IMG/VR virus record: IMGVR_UViG_3300035670_000177
Span: 3,212 to 67,211 of that record
Source of the DNA: a virus
Strand: one strand, 5' to 3'
Length of the DNA stretch: 64,000 nt
The number at the start of each line of letters is the position of its first letter. Position 1 is the stretch's first letter. Positions 54,771-64,000 of the stretch are shown one piece after another. The position numbers and the translations under genes were made by a program. Below the pieces are notes generated by a model. The model was given only the letters and a program-made list of their open reading frames with translations, did not search any database and was not told the origin of the DNA.

Positions 54771-55465
54771 TGGATTTCAACCCAAAGTATTTCAATTTCA
54801 TCAAAGCTCGTGTAGTGGGCGTAACTGTACCAACTGTTGATTTTATTCCAGACAGCGAAGGGATTATTTCATACTGTGCTCGTGTGTCCAATCCTTCGAA
54901 CCAACAGAACTTTGAAAGTGCAGCAGGGCTTCTTAAATACTGTATTAAGAATGGACATTGGTCTGTATTTGATATGGCTAATATTCTGATTGAAGTAGAA
55001 GCTCCACGAGATATTGCAAGACAAGTATTGCGTCATTCATCAATGAAGTTCCAAGAGTTTTCACAGCGTTATGCAGAAGCTCAAAACTTCCATGTACGCG
55101 AAACTCGACTTCAAGATAAAAAGAATCGTCAGAACAGCATTGAACTTGATCTTACGAATAAAGAAGATTTTGATAAGTATCTTGAATGGGAAAAGCGGCA
55201 AGGTGAGGTGATTGCTCTGGTAAAGAAACACTACGCTTGGGCAATTGAGAATGATATTGCTAAAGAGTGCGCTCGTGTAATCCTTCCAGAAGGTAATACA
55301 ATGAGCTACATGTATGCAAACACAACGGTGCGAAGTGCAATTACGTATCTGAATGTTCGTGACGATGAAGGTGTTACACAGAAAGAGCATGTGTACTTGG
55401 CAAAGGTGATTAAACCTGCTATTATTGAACACTTCCCATTCTTAGAAGAACTGCTGGAGAAATAA
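54770..55465 (+). CDS. thyX: flavin-dependent thymidylate synthase
   Basis: ARVS, GH.SVF, RH.S..FQE.SQRY, E.AR..LP, Q.E. Confidence 0.95.
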   Translation: MDFNPKYFNFIKARVVGVTVPTVDFIPDSEGIISYCARVSNPSNQQNFESAAGLLKYCIKNGHWSVFDMANILIEVEAPRDIARQVLRHSSMKFQEFSQRYAEAQNFHVRETRLQDKKNRQNSIELDLTNKEDFDKYLEWEKRQGEVIALVKKHYAWAIENDIAKECARVILPEGNTMSYMYANTTVRSAITYLNVRDDEGVTQKEHVYLAKVIKPAIIEHFPFLEELLEK

Positions 55466-55824
55466 AATGGAAAACAACATTGACTATGGCTTCTGTGACT
55501 ACTTAGACGCTCTTTGGAATATCTATTCTGTACGAAGTGGTATGTCTTTAGCGAATGCTGCAAGGCGCGTCTTAGATATTCGTGAAGATGCTCTAGTAGC
55601 TTATTTGGATGGTGTTTCAGCACAACAGTTTTATATAGAAGATATTGAGGAAGTAGAATGAATCTTATTGTTGAATGTGTAGATGATGATGCAGAAGGAT
55701 TTTATCGAGTAATTCTAGAAGACGGTAGTTCATTCGAAGCTGAGGAACTCGGGTATGCTTTCAATGATGCACTAACTTTCCTCGGTTTTAAAATTCAATA
55801 CAAAGATGTAGAAGAGTATCCACT

Positions 55825-56238
55825 ATGAGCGAACAAGCAGTAAGCAGCAAGAAGCCACAAGAAGACCTGTTCAATCAATACCTAAGTTTCAGTGATCTAG
55901 ACAAACTTCAAGGTTGGAAAGAAGCTTGGAAAAATGGTAACATTGAAGAAGTAGAGAAACTTCTATTTAAAGCAGGAGTAGACTTAGAATTTGGTTGGGA
56001 AATCGTAGTAAATAATCATCGACCAAGAACATCAAATCTTCCTGTATATGGCCCACGATTTGAATTCAAGGAACGTGAAGATAAAGAGTTTATTCAGTCA
56101 GGTATGAAGGCTGTAGAAGATATCATTAACTCTTGTAGTGACAGCAGTATGCGATTGGAACTTAAAGGTATGTCCCGCAGAGATAACAATACTGCAAATG
56201 CATGCAAACACGCTGCCTCAGAAAAACCAGAAGTATAA
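55825..56238 (+). CDS. hypothetical protein
   Basis: 137 aa ORF before the RNR gene. Confidence 0.75.
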   Translation: MSEQAVSSKKPQEDLFNQYLSFSDLDKLQGWKEAWKNGNIEEVEKLLFKAGVDLEFGWEIVVNNHRPRTSNLPVYGPRFEFKEREDKEFIQSGMKAVEDIINSCSDSSMRLELKGMSRRDNNTANACKHAASEKPEV

Positions 56239-56269
56239 TTTTAACTAAATAGAGAAAGTAAGGAAGCAA

Positions 56270-58492
56270 ATGAATAACGCTGGTAAAAACATGATGTCTC
56301 AATCTAAATTCTACATGGGCTATTCCCGTTGGATGGAGGTTGAAGGTCGATATGAAACGTGGGAAGAGTCGGTTGAGCGTGTGATGAACATGCACCGAGA
56401 AAAATACAAAAATGTAATGTCGGATGAGCTTGAATATTACATCAGCTTTGCTGAACAAGCATACAAAGAAAAGGTTGTCCTTGGAGCACAACGAGCACTT
56501 CAATTTGGCGGTGAGCAGTTGTTTAAACATGAAGCTCGTATGTACAACTGTTCTGTAAGCCATTGTGATCGTGTTTCATTCTTCCAAGAGTGTATGTATC
56601 TTCTTCTTTGCGGTTGTGGTGTAGGTTTCTCTGTCCAATCACACCACATTGCAAAACTACCAAAGATTCACAAACGCTTTGATAAGAAAGTAAAAGTTTT
56701 CCAAGTTCCAGATACTATTGAAGGTTGGGCTGATGCTTTCGGTGTGCTGCTAGCAAGCTATTTCGTAGATGGTGGTAACTTCCCTGATTATAAAGGTTGT
56801 CAAGTACACTTTGACTTTAGCAAGATTCGTCCCAAAGGTTCGCTGATTAATGGCGGGTTTAAGGCTCCGGGTCCAGATGGTTTGCGTTCTGCTCTAGTTA
56901 AGTGTGAAGCTCTGCTTGAAAAGCTTGTAGAGAATGAAAAAGAAGCTGTAAGTCTGAAAACAATCACAGCTTATGACTTTGTTATGCACATGAGCGATGC
57001 TGTTCTTTCTGGTGGTGTTCGTCGTTCAGCAACTATTTGCTTGTTTGACAAGGACGATCAGTTGATGCTTAAGGCTAAAACTGGAGATTGGTTCGTAGAT
57101 AATCCACAACGTGGACGTAGTAACAACTCTGTAATGCTTGTACGTGATGAACTTTCACGGGAAGAATGGGCTGATATTATGAAGTCTGTAAAAGACTTTG
57201 GCGAGCCTGGATTTATCTTCACAGCAAATAAAGAGTTCTGCTATAATCCTTGTGTTGAGATTGGCATGTTACCAGTTGCAGAAGATGGTGAAAGTGGTTT
57301 CCAGTTCTGCAATCTTACAGAGATTAATGGCGGTAAGTGCGTAGATAAAGAATCGTTCTTCCGGGCTTGTAAAGCTGGTGCGATTCTCGGTACTCTGCAA
57401 GCTGGTTACTCAAACTTTAAGTATCTGTCTGACGCAACTCGACGGATTACGGAAAAAGAAGCCCTGCTTGGGGTTAGTATTACAGGCTGGATGAACAATC
57501 CTGATGTCTTGTTTGATGAACAGAACATGATTGATGGTGCAACAGTTGTAAAAGATATCAATGCTGTAGTTGCTTGCCTTCTTGGTATTAACGCTGCTGC
57601 TCGTACAACTGCTGTCAAACCGAGTGGTAATGCCTCTGTTCTCCTTGGCACTGCTTCAGGGATTCACGGTGAACACTCTGCTCGTTACTTCCGTAATGTG
57701 CAGATGAATAAGCAAGATGAGGTGACTGCTCTTCTAGAAGAGACAAACCCTAAAATGGTTGAGTCTTCTGTTTGGAGCAGTAATGGGACAGATGTTGTAG
57801 TAAGCTTTCCAATTGAAAGTAAAGAGGGTAGCGTATTTAAGTCTGATTTGATGGGTGTGAAACAACTTGATTATGTCAAGAAGGCTCAGCAATATTGGGT
57901 AGAGTACGGCACTAATCTTGATCTGTGTGTAGACAAGAACCTTCGTCATAACGTGAGTAACACTATCACTGTTGACGACTGGGATGAAGTTGAAGAATAC
58001 ATTTACAAAAACCGCGAATGGTTTGCTGGTATCTCTCTTCTAAGTTCTATGGGTGATCGTGCTTATGTTCAAGCTCCGTTCACTGAGGTGTTTACAGCAG
58101 AACAGATCCTTGAAATGTATGGTGAAGCATCTATGTTTGCTTCTGGTCTGATTGTAGAAGCTCTACATGCTTTCAATGACAATCTGTGGATGGCTTGCGA
58201 TACTGTTCTTGGGTTTGGTTTGAAGCTTGATCCAGAACAATCAAGCGATCTTCTAAAGCGTGATTGGGTGCGGCGAGCTAAGAAATATGCAGACAACTAC
58301 TTTGCCGGTGATTTACTGAAGATGACATTCTGTCTCAAGGATTGCTACAATCTTCACAAGTGGGTGAGCATTGAAAAGAATCTGAAAGATTTGGATTTCT
58401 CTAAAGATCTATCTCAGCAGAAATACACAGAAGTAGATACGATGGGTAGCCAAGCTTGTGCGGGAGGTACTTGTGAAATCAGCTGGTCCTGA
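56270..58492 (+). CDS. nrdJ: class II (adenosylcobalamin) ribonucleoside-triphosphate reductase
   Basis: YNC, G.GVG, GG.A.GP..L, GGVRRSA, NPCVEI, CNLTEIN, KPSG, C-terminal CAGGTC; no beta subunit adjacent. Confidence 0.92.
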   Translation: MNNAGKNMMSQSKFYMGYSRWMEVEGRYETWEESVERVMNMHREKYKNVMSDELEYYISFAEQAYKEKVVLGAQRALQFGGEQLFKHEARMYNCSVSHCDRVSFFQECMYLLLCGCGVGFSVQSHHIAKLPKIHKRFDKKVKVFQVPDTIEGWADAFGVLLASYFVDGGNFPDYKGCQVHFDFSKIRPKGSLINGGFKAPGPDGLRSALVKCEALLEKLVENEKEAVSLKTITAYDFVMHMSDAVLSGGVRRSATICLFDKDDQLMLKAKTGDWFVDNPQRGRSNNSVMLVRDELSREEWADIMKSVKDFGEPGFIFTANKEFCYNPCVEIGMLPVAEDGESGFQFCNLTEINGGKCVDKESFFRACKAGAILGTLQAGYSNFKYLSDATRRITEKEALLGVSITGWMNNPDVLFDEQNMIDGATVVKDINAVVACLLGINAAARTTAVKPSGNASVLLGTASGIHGEHSARYFRNVQMNKQDEVTALLEETNPKMVESSVWSSNGTDVVVSFPIESKEGSVFKSDLMGVKQLDYVKKAQQYWVEYGTNLDLCVDKNLRHNVSNTITVDDWDEVEEYIYKNREWFAGISLLSSMGDRAYVQAPFTEVFTAEQILEMYGEASMFASGLIVEALHAFNDNLWMACDTVLGFGLKLDPEQSSDLLKRDWVRRAKKYADNYFAGDLLKMTFCLKDCYNLHKWVSIEKNLKDLDFSKDLSQQKYTEVDTMGSQACAGGTCEISWS

Positions 58493-59096
58493 TTTAGATA
58501 AGGCTATCGCTTTATATCTGTCGGGCAGTACAGTGGAAGATGCGAGGGATGTTACTGTCCCTCCAATCACTACTTATTCTTTTTATAAAGCTTTAGAAGA
58601 AAGAGGAATTGAATTCAGAGGAAGGATTTCCAGGAAAATAGAAATTCCAGAAGAAGCTTTGCTTACCTGTAAATCTTGTAAAGAAACTAAAGAAGCTTTT
58701 GAATTTAGTAAGCAACCAAGCAGTAGAATTGGGTATGACACCGCCAGATGTAAAGCTTGTAAAAGAGAGGAAAGAAAAACTGTAGAAGCTTGGGCTAATA
58801 AGCCGATTGTTAAGAAAATCTTTGACCGAGTCAAGGGAAGGGCTGTAAGAAAAGGAATTCCCTTTGACTTAGAATTAGAAGACATAATTATTCCTGAAGT
58901 CTGTCCTGTTTTTAAAGTACCTTTTATTTACGGAGACCACTCGTGGACATATTCTGTAGATAGGATTAAACCAGAATTAGGTTATGTAAAAGGTAATATT
59001 GTAATAATCTCCAACAAAGCAAATATGATGAAAAATACAGCGACAACGGAGGATATAAAAATGTTATATGAGTGGATGCTGAGCTTGGAGTTCTAA
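58473..59096 (+). CDS. HNH-like homing endonuclease
   Basis: CKSC..CKAC; RA...F.L...I.IP..CP...SVDRI.P..GY..GN..IIS..AN..K. GTG start overlaps the end of nrdJ. Confidence 0.88.
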   Translation: MKSAGPDLDKAIALYLSGSTVEDARDVTVPPITTYSFYKALEERGIEFRGRISRKIEIPEEALLTCKSCKETKEAFEFSKQPSSRIGYDTARCKACKREERKTVEAWANKPIVKKIFDRVKGRAVRKGIPFDLELEDIIIPEVCPVFKVPFIYGDHSWTYSVDRIKPELGYVKGNIVIISNKANMMKNTATTEDIKMLYEWMLSLEF

Positions 59097-59288
59097 ATGG
59101 ACTACGTTGAACTGATGCGAAAGGTTGATGTACAAACAAACGTTACTCATTCTTGCCCAAAATGTGAAAATCCAGTACGCTGTGACATTTCACTTGGTAA
59201 AAGTACATGCTGGTGCTTCAGTGTGCAAAGCAAAGAGCTTGAAATGAATGATCTTTGTATGTGTAAGAAGTGTTTAAAAGAAGCTTGA
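59097..59288 (+). CDS. cysteine-rich CWC protein
   Basis: CPKC...C....CWC...C.C..CL. Confidence 0.8.
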   Translation: MDYVELMRKVDVQTNVTHSCPKCENPVRCDISLGKSTCWCFSVQSKELEMNDLCMCKKCLKEA

Positions 59289-59295
59289 TTTTTAT

Positions 59296-59319
59296 AGCCC
59301 CTTAATTGGGGCTTTCTTT
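59296..59319 (+). terminator. intrinsic terminator
   Basis: AGCCCC-TTAATT-GGGGCT-TTCTTT. Confidence 0.8.
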
Positions 59320-59332
59320 GTTAGGAAAGTTT

Positions 59333-60184
59333 ATGATTACGGAGCAAGATTATTTTTGTGGAACCAAGTTTGGTCATGGGGACCATTTGGAAGTGGTTGG
59401 TTGGAAACCTAGTAATAACGGTAGATATAAAAAATACATTGTTAAATGCAGAGTTTGTGCATTGGATACTGAACTCTTTGGTGAGGGATTATTTGAAACA
59501 GAAAAAGGTAGCTTAGTTAAAGGGAAGATACCATGCGGTTGCAGTAAATACTACTCCCCTACAGAGAGTCAATTCTTGATCCTATGCGCTAGGGCAGAGC
59601 GAACGGCCAAATTTAAATTTATAGGATTGGCAGAGGATTATAAAGGTAAGAATACAAAACTATTATTGCTTTGTGACAATGGACATTTTTCAAAAGAAAT
59701 CCTTTATTCTTATCAGGCGTTTGGTGGGCGTTGTAAAGAGTGTGTTAACGAGAGAGTTAGGTTAAAAGAAGATGAAATGGTTCGCAGGTGTATGTCCACT
59801 GGTAATTTTCCAGAAGGTACAACATTTAAGAGGTATTTAGATTATAGTAATAAGTCACCAAGCCTATTTTGGAAAGTTTATTGTCCCGATTGTGAAGAGG
59901 TTAGTATTTCTCGTGCTCATAATTTAATGAATGGACACAGGCCTTGCAGTTGTAGAAGGAGCTATTCACCCCCATCTTTTGCGTACATAGATTATATTAT
60001 GTCAAGTCATTTAGGGCCTTTTGCAATTAAATTTGGTATTACTAATTTTCCAGCAAAGCGATTGCACAGCTTAACTAGAGATTGCACTTATATAGTACAG
60101 TCTAGCTCTCTTTGGTATTTTGAGGATACAATAGAAAAGATTTTTATGAATTTTGGAGGGGTAAGGTTGACTGAGCCAGGATAA
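59333..60184 (+). CDS. Cys-rich homing-endonuclease-like protein with an apparently shortened GIY-YIG/T5orf172-like domain
   Basis: Repeated C..C/PC.C units; Y...IKFGIT....R followed by an abrupt end. Confidence 0.7.
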   Translation: MITEQDYFCGTKFGHGDHLEVVGWKPSNNGRYKKYIVKCRVCALDTELFGEGLFETEKGSLVKGKIPCGCSKYYSPTESQFLILCARAERTAKFKFIGLAEDYKGKNTKLLLLCDNGHFSKEILYSYQAFGGRCKECVNERVRLKEDEMVRRCMSTGNFPEGTTFKRYLDYSNKSPSLFWKVYCPDCEEVSISRAHNLMNGHRPCSCRRSYSPPSFAYIDYIMSSHLGPFAIKFGITNFPAKRLHSLTRDCTYIVQSSSLWYFEDTIEKIFMNFGGVRLTEPG

Positions 60185-60236
60185 TGTCTTATCATCACCC
60201 GTATCGAGGCGAAAGCTTCCTTACGGGTGCTCTTTT
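60167..60236 (+). promoter_or_regulatory. promoter-like boxes immediately followed by a terminator-like hairpin
   Basis: TTGACT-17-TATCAT, then CACCCGTA...GAGGC-GAAA-GCTTC...TACGGGTG-CTCTTTT. Confidence 0.5.
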
Positions 60237-60259
60237 ATCTGAGGCTTTGATAAATCAAA

Positions 60260-60556
60260 ATGAATTACGACGAAAGGTGCAGAGAGGATTTCAAAACCAA
60301 TAAAAACTCCTGTATAGCATGGTATCTTATGTCAAGCTATGCTTACTACGTTAAGGACGAAAGCCTTCTGTCTGATCCGGTATTTGATAAAATGTGCTTG
60401 CACATTCTCAACAATTGGGATACACTTGAACACAAGCTTAAGAGCTTTGTACCAAAAGAAAGCCTTTCAGCAGGTACAGGCTATAATATTGCTTTCTCAA
60501 GCTTTCCTAATGGTTTTGTAAGAGTAATTGAAAATCTGATTGGAGAAATTCATTGA
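60260..60556 (+). CDS. stand-alone NAD-dependent DNA ligase domain Ia-like protein
   Basis: SYAYYVKDESLLSDPVFD resembles LigA Y.Y...D.P...D..YD. Confidence 0.7.
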   Translation: MNYDERCREDFKTNKNSCIAWYLMSSYAYYVKDESLLSDPVFDKMCLHILNNWDTLEHKLKSFVPKESLSAGTGYNIAFSSFPNGFVRVIENLIGEIH

Positions 60557-61770
60557 CACCAAAGAAATTGTGGTTTATCTTTGATGGGGTTGAGGAGGTT
60601 TGTGGTCCTTACGATTCTGAAAAGATTGCACAGCAAGAGCTTGACATGTACATTGAAGAGTTATATTTTCTAGACTACTTTCCAAACCCCTATATTGACT
60701 TCATTGAGCAAGACGATTACACTGAGTCAGCATACAAAGAGAAGTTTTATAAAACAAAGGAGAAATAAAATGGCTTTTAAATTCCACCGTCGTTCACGTT
60801 TTAATTATTGGTCTGATTCCAAGCTTGTCCGTTGGCTTGCTAAAACACCACCACACAAGCCAATCATTCTTAAAACTGAGGAAGAGATTGATAATTTCCT
60901 TGACTCTTTGTCTCATAAAGTGCCATTCTTTGAGAATGTAGCCGATAAGCTACAAAACATTTGCAAGTTCCCATCAGACCTTTACCACTCAATCCGTATT
61001 TACTTCAAGAACTCCAAAGGCAACACCCATGTTCTTGATGGTGGACTTGAGAAAGGTCAATGGTATGATTTGACTTATCGTATCCCACGTTGCTTGTTCT
61101 TTGAGCTTGATAAATTCATTACTCAAGAAAAGGGTTTGGAAAACCATGAGTGGGAGAAGACATTGACTTATGATGAAGGTTACGGTATTGGTCCCGATCA
61201 TGAACTTTACGGTAAACTTACTAACCAAGCAGTAGCCGCAATCGAGCAAGATGAGATTTGGAATTGGTGGAAGGAAAACAAGTACAGAGAGTGTATTGGT
61301 ACTGATCAGGAAGAGGTTGAATATCAGAAGCAGGAAGAAGAGATGTTAATTCGTTTAATCAAAATTCGTAACAGTCTTTGGACTTGAGAGGAGAAAGAGA
61401 TGAAAATTAAAGCGAAATATACTTTCTTCCCTTACTGCATTAAGGGTTTTATTTATGATGTTGTGACTGACGAACAAACAATTATTAAATTCGGAGGTAT
61501 GAAGCCGGTAGATGGTGAAACGTGGTTTATTGGCGATAATGGAGAAGCGAATTTCCTTTATGATTCTGAATTTGAGGTAGTAGAGGAATGAGAGGAAACC
61601 CACTAGTAAACCTTGCTGCCATCCTCGTTATGCTCGCTAGTGTTCTTATAGGAGGAGGTTATTGGCTGATTAATAAACAAGAGCAATCAAGAGAGGTATT
61701 GCAGTTGCCTGAGAAAGTTAATAAGAAACCATTGACGTTCGAGAAAGCAGTTAAGGAGACAAAAGAATGA
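60553..61770 (+). other. hypothetical CDSs (60553-60768, 60770-61387, 61400-61591, 61588-61770)
   Basis: SD-preceded tandem ORFs. Confidence 0.7.
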
Positions 61771-62120
61771 AGAAAATGTATATTGCAGTACTAGATGAAT
61801 TTCCAGACTTCATGACGCCTACGCTCGTGGCTCATGCTGTTTTACGCGAACACCTGCACAAAACAAGTGCTACTATCAGTCCTTGTAAAGACTATGAAGA
61901 TTGGATTCAAAATTCATTCAGAAAGTGTGTGCTGCGAGTGAGTGCCAAAGAATATGAGAAAATCAAAGCTTTGGTTAATACTCACAAAATCGTTGTAACT
62001 GAGTCTTGGGAGAACAATACACTAGGTGGTAAAGGTTCCTGCCTTACTTGTGTTGTAGACAGTGATGCTGTTCCAAACGTATTGAAATTCGCTAAGTTGT
62101 GGAAGCCAAAGTCTGAATAA
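61767..62120 (+). CDS. peptidyl-tRNA hydrolase 2-like protein
   Basis: KMYIAV...VAHA.L...W...FRK.V.RV. Confidence 0.65.
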   Translation: MKKMYIAVLDEFPDFMTPTLVAHAVLREHLHKTSATISPCKDYEDWIQNSFRKCVLRVSAKEYEKIKALVNTHKIVVTESWENNTLGGKGSCLTCVVDSDAVPNVLKFAKLWKPKSE

Positions 62121-62127
62121 TTTTTAG

Positions 62128-62167
62128 ACAAAAGAAAAAGCTCCCAACCAATTAAGGAAGGGAGCTT
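62128..62167. terminator. terminator at the convergence with the lysis operon
   Basis: AAGCTCCC...GGGAGCTT with a long T-tract on minus. Confidence 0.75.
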
Positions 62168-62221
62168 AAATTAGGATAAATATGGGCTGGCTAAGCCCTA
62201 TGTCTGCTTCATTGCAAACTA

Positions 62222-62581
62222 TTATTGTTGTACTGTCACACTATTATTTAGAAGGTTATTATTTATAACCTTACTTTGCTTCTTGAGGTTCTTGTTCTCT
62301 TGTTCAAGAGCTTTCACTTTCCCTTCCAAGATATCCTGCCTCGTTGACATACTCGATTGATATTCATCTACATTTCGAGATAGTCTATTCAACCTGATTT
62401 CTGTGTATTCAAGATTACTAGAAATAGCTTTAGTAATATCTTCCTTGAATAGTTGAAGACTGCCTTCAAAATCAAAAGCCTTAGCGTTCTGATTGACCCC
62501 CCCATACAAGACAATGCCCATCACCAAACCAAGTAAGAGGTATGTAGTTAGGACTAGTCTTTCCACAAACTTCCAGAACAT
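62222..62581 (-). CDS. N-terminal TM plus coiled-coil protein (lysis accessory)
   Basis: GGAGG SD; last gene of the lysis cassette. Confidence 0.7.
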   Translation of the reverse strand: MFWKFVERLVLTTYLLLGLVMGIVLYGGVNQNAKAFDFEGSLQLFKEDITKAISSNLEYTEIRLNRLSRNVDEYQSSMSTRQDILEGKVKALEQENKNLKKQSKVINNNLLNNSVTVQQ

Positions 62582-62595
62582 AAGACCTCCTTGTT

Positions 62596-62895
62596 TTATT
62601 TTTGTTTTATCAGAAGGTCGATCCTGTCTAGAATGTCTTTCTTGTCGTTTGCACTTCTGGTGATTAGGTCAGTCTTCATCGCCGAGATAGAAGCATTGAT
62701 TTCTTCTTTAAACTCTTTCAAATCACTACGATCAACTTTAGTGGTTTGAAGAACAATGTTTTGATTTCGAAGTTCCTTAATAGCGTCTTGTTGGCTATTA
62801 TAAAGCATTGTGACAAAAGCAAGAACTACAGTAAGAAGCCCAATTGCCGCCCTTTCAATATAATTGTTCATCCGTGCATTAGCATCATTTGACAT
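62596..62895 (-). CDS. single-TM coiled-coil protein (holin/antiholin-like)
   Basis: MSNDANARM..., one transmembrane segment; GGAG SD. Confidence 0.6.
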   Translation of the reverse strand: MSNDANARMNNYIERAAIGLLTVVLAFVTMLYNSQQDAIKELRNQNIVLQTTKVDRSDLKEFKEEINASISAMKTDLITRSANDKKDILDRIDLLIKQK

Positions 62896-63163
62896 TGTGT
62901 AGTTGCTCCTGCTCTTGTCTCCACTTCCGTTGTTTATCAAGCAAAAGCTCATAATCAAACACACAAGATGTGTTCTTCACATAACCACGAGCTAAAGAAC
63001 GAACCGTATCTTCTGCACTGACAGCACCACAAGGATTGACAAGCAAATTATTTGGCATAAACACATACTCCGTCTTTGTTTGGATTACAGGTTCTGTCGA
63101 GGAGCAGCCGTAAATCATCAGGAAGCTTAGCATCAATGTCCAAGCTAACATTTGGTTTTTCAT
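62885..63163 (-). CDS. o-spanin (Rz1-like lipoprotein)
   Basis: Lipobox IYGC, P..LL.PC; overlaps the 3' end of the i-spanin gene. Confidence 0.85.
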   Translation of the reverse strand: MKNQMLAWTLMLSFLMIYGCSSTEPVIQTKTEYVFMPNNLLVNPCGAVSAEDTVRSLARGYVKNTSCVFDYELLLDKQRKWRQEQEQLHNVK

Positions 63164-63470
63164 TGATTGAAGCCTCTTGTTTTAGTTTAGGAGAAGGTTT
63201 AGCTTCAAGCGTATTCAACTCATCAAGAATCTTATCTTTCTTGTCAGATCGTTCTTGCTTCTGTTCTTGATATTCAGTGTTGATAAGGTCCGTCAGAGAG
63301 CAGCTTTGTTTGTCCTTTTCTCTGGCGTTTTCTGATGCTTTTAGCGCTTCTTGAGTAGATGTAAGGGCTGATGTAAGGGTAGCCTTATCTTCGCTTAAAT
63401 CATACGTTTTATAGCCTAAAAAAGAGCAAAGAAGAAAGAGAATAGCTAAAGCTCCGAGTAGGAATTTCAT
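63048..63470 (-). CDS. i-spanin (Rz-like)
   Basis: N-terminal TM plus coiled coil; LP..L..LL C-terminus. Confidence 0.85.
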   Translation of the reverse strand: MKFLLGALAILFLLCSFLGYKTYDLSEDKATLTSALTSTQEALKASENAREKDKQSCSLTDLINTEYQEQKQERSDKKDKILDELNTLEAKPSPKLKQEASINEKPNVSLDIDAKLPDDLRLLLDRTCNPNKDGVCVYAK

Positions 63471-63727
63471 GTTTTCTCATCCTCTTGCTTTTCTTCTTGG
63501 TATTGCCACAAATTCTTTTGTTTGATGAACCTAGACAGCAAGCCTAATGCGTTTAATGTGAACATCAAAATTGCATAGGTTTGGGTTGTCATGGTAGGTT
63601 CAAGTAAGCCAACAAAAGGAAGAATTTGGTCAATGAATGTGAGAAGCACAGAAGCAATGTGAAACCAGAAAGACCAAGTAAAGAAAACTCTTTTCCAATT
63701 GGGGACTACTTTAACATTTTTAATCAT
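63467..63727 (-). CDS. putative holin
   Basis: W......WS, two TM helices, R.IKQ, charged tail; lies between endolysin and spanins. Confidence 0.75.
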   Translation of the reverse strand: MIKNVKVVPNWKRVFFTWSFWFHIASVLLTFIDQILPFVGLLEPTMTTQTYAILMFTLNALGLLSRFIKQKNLWQYQEEKQEDEKT

Positions 63728-64000
63728 GATAGAAATAAGTCCCTCTCAGCAATTCTTCGTCTTGTTAAGCCCTTTAAGACTTTACCGCCCGCACGATTCC
63801 ATCGTTCGAACTCCTTTGATGCTCCTGTATAGTCTGAAGCATTAAGCTTCTTAAGTAATGTTGAGGATTTAAGATTACCAAGACCCAAGTTGAAACTAAA
63901 CGAAACAAGGGCATCAAATTGATTTCGATTCAAAGGTACTTTAACAAGATCAGAAACACCTTTCTCGAATCTTTCTAAATCTTTCTTAAGAAGTTGTTCT
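63724..64000 (-). CDS. GH24 lysozyme endolysin (5' end outside the window)
   Basis: LN.NQFDALVSF.FN.G.G....STLL..LN...W..AGG....GL.RRR..E...F. Confidence 0.95.
   Translation of the reverse strand, partial: EQLLKKDLERFEKGVSDLVKVPLNRNQFDALVSFSFNLGLGNLKSSTLLKKLNASDYTGASKEFERWNRAGGKVLKGLTRRRIAERDLFLS

Overview
This is a 64 kb segment of an AT-rich lytic dsDNA tailed phage. Its gene content resembles Felix O1/PAK_P1/phiPsa374-type myoviruses; a Pseudomonas host is inferred from gene content and an AlgR-consensus box. No integrase, CRISPR array or complete tRNA was recognised. Layout: (1) 1-2.7 kb, minus strand: structured non-coding stretches plus EndoVII-HNH and GIY-YIG genes. (2) 2.9-21.7 kb, plus strand: many small ORFs plus a RelA/SpoT-type HD hydrolase, PhoH, HNH-AP2, ClpP-like protease, dCMP deaminase, CX5R phosphatase, RtcB and a RepL-like protein. 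(3) 22.1-37.4 kb, minus strand: early-type small genes under about 14 sigma70 promoters. (4) 38-62.1 kb, plus strand: replication and nucleotide genes (primase-helicase, PolA, SSB, 5'-3' exonuclease, phosphoesterase, DUF5664, MazG-like, ThyX, class II RNR, PTH2-like) interleaved with free-standing homing endonucleases. (5) 62.2-64 kb, minus strand: lysis cassette. The most notable observation is two divergent copies of one non-coding cassette, one at each divergent strand switch (about 2195-2740 and 37408-37893). Each has an extended -10 promoter, a roughly 370-440 nt structured RNA, a long 3' hairpin with a shared covarying motif, short direct repeats flanking that hairpin, an A-rich tract, and then a nuclease gene (GIY-YIG in one, DCL/HNH-like in the other). 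Candidate interpretations are RNA-primed (ColE1-like) origins or RNA-associated nucleases. All annotations come from reading the sequence by eye; no searches or folding programs were run.
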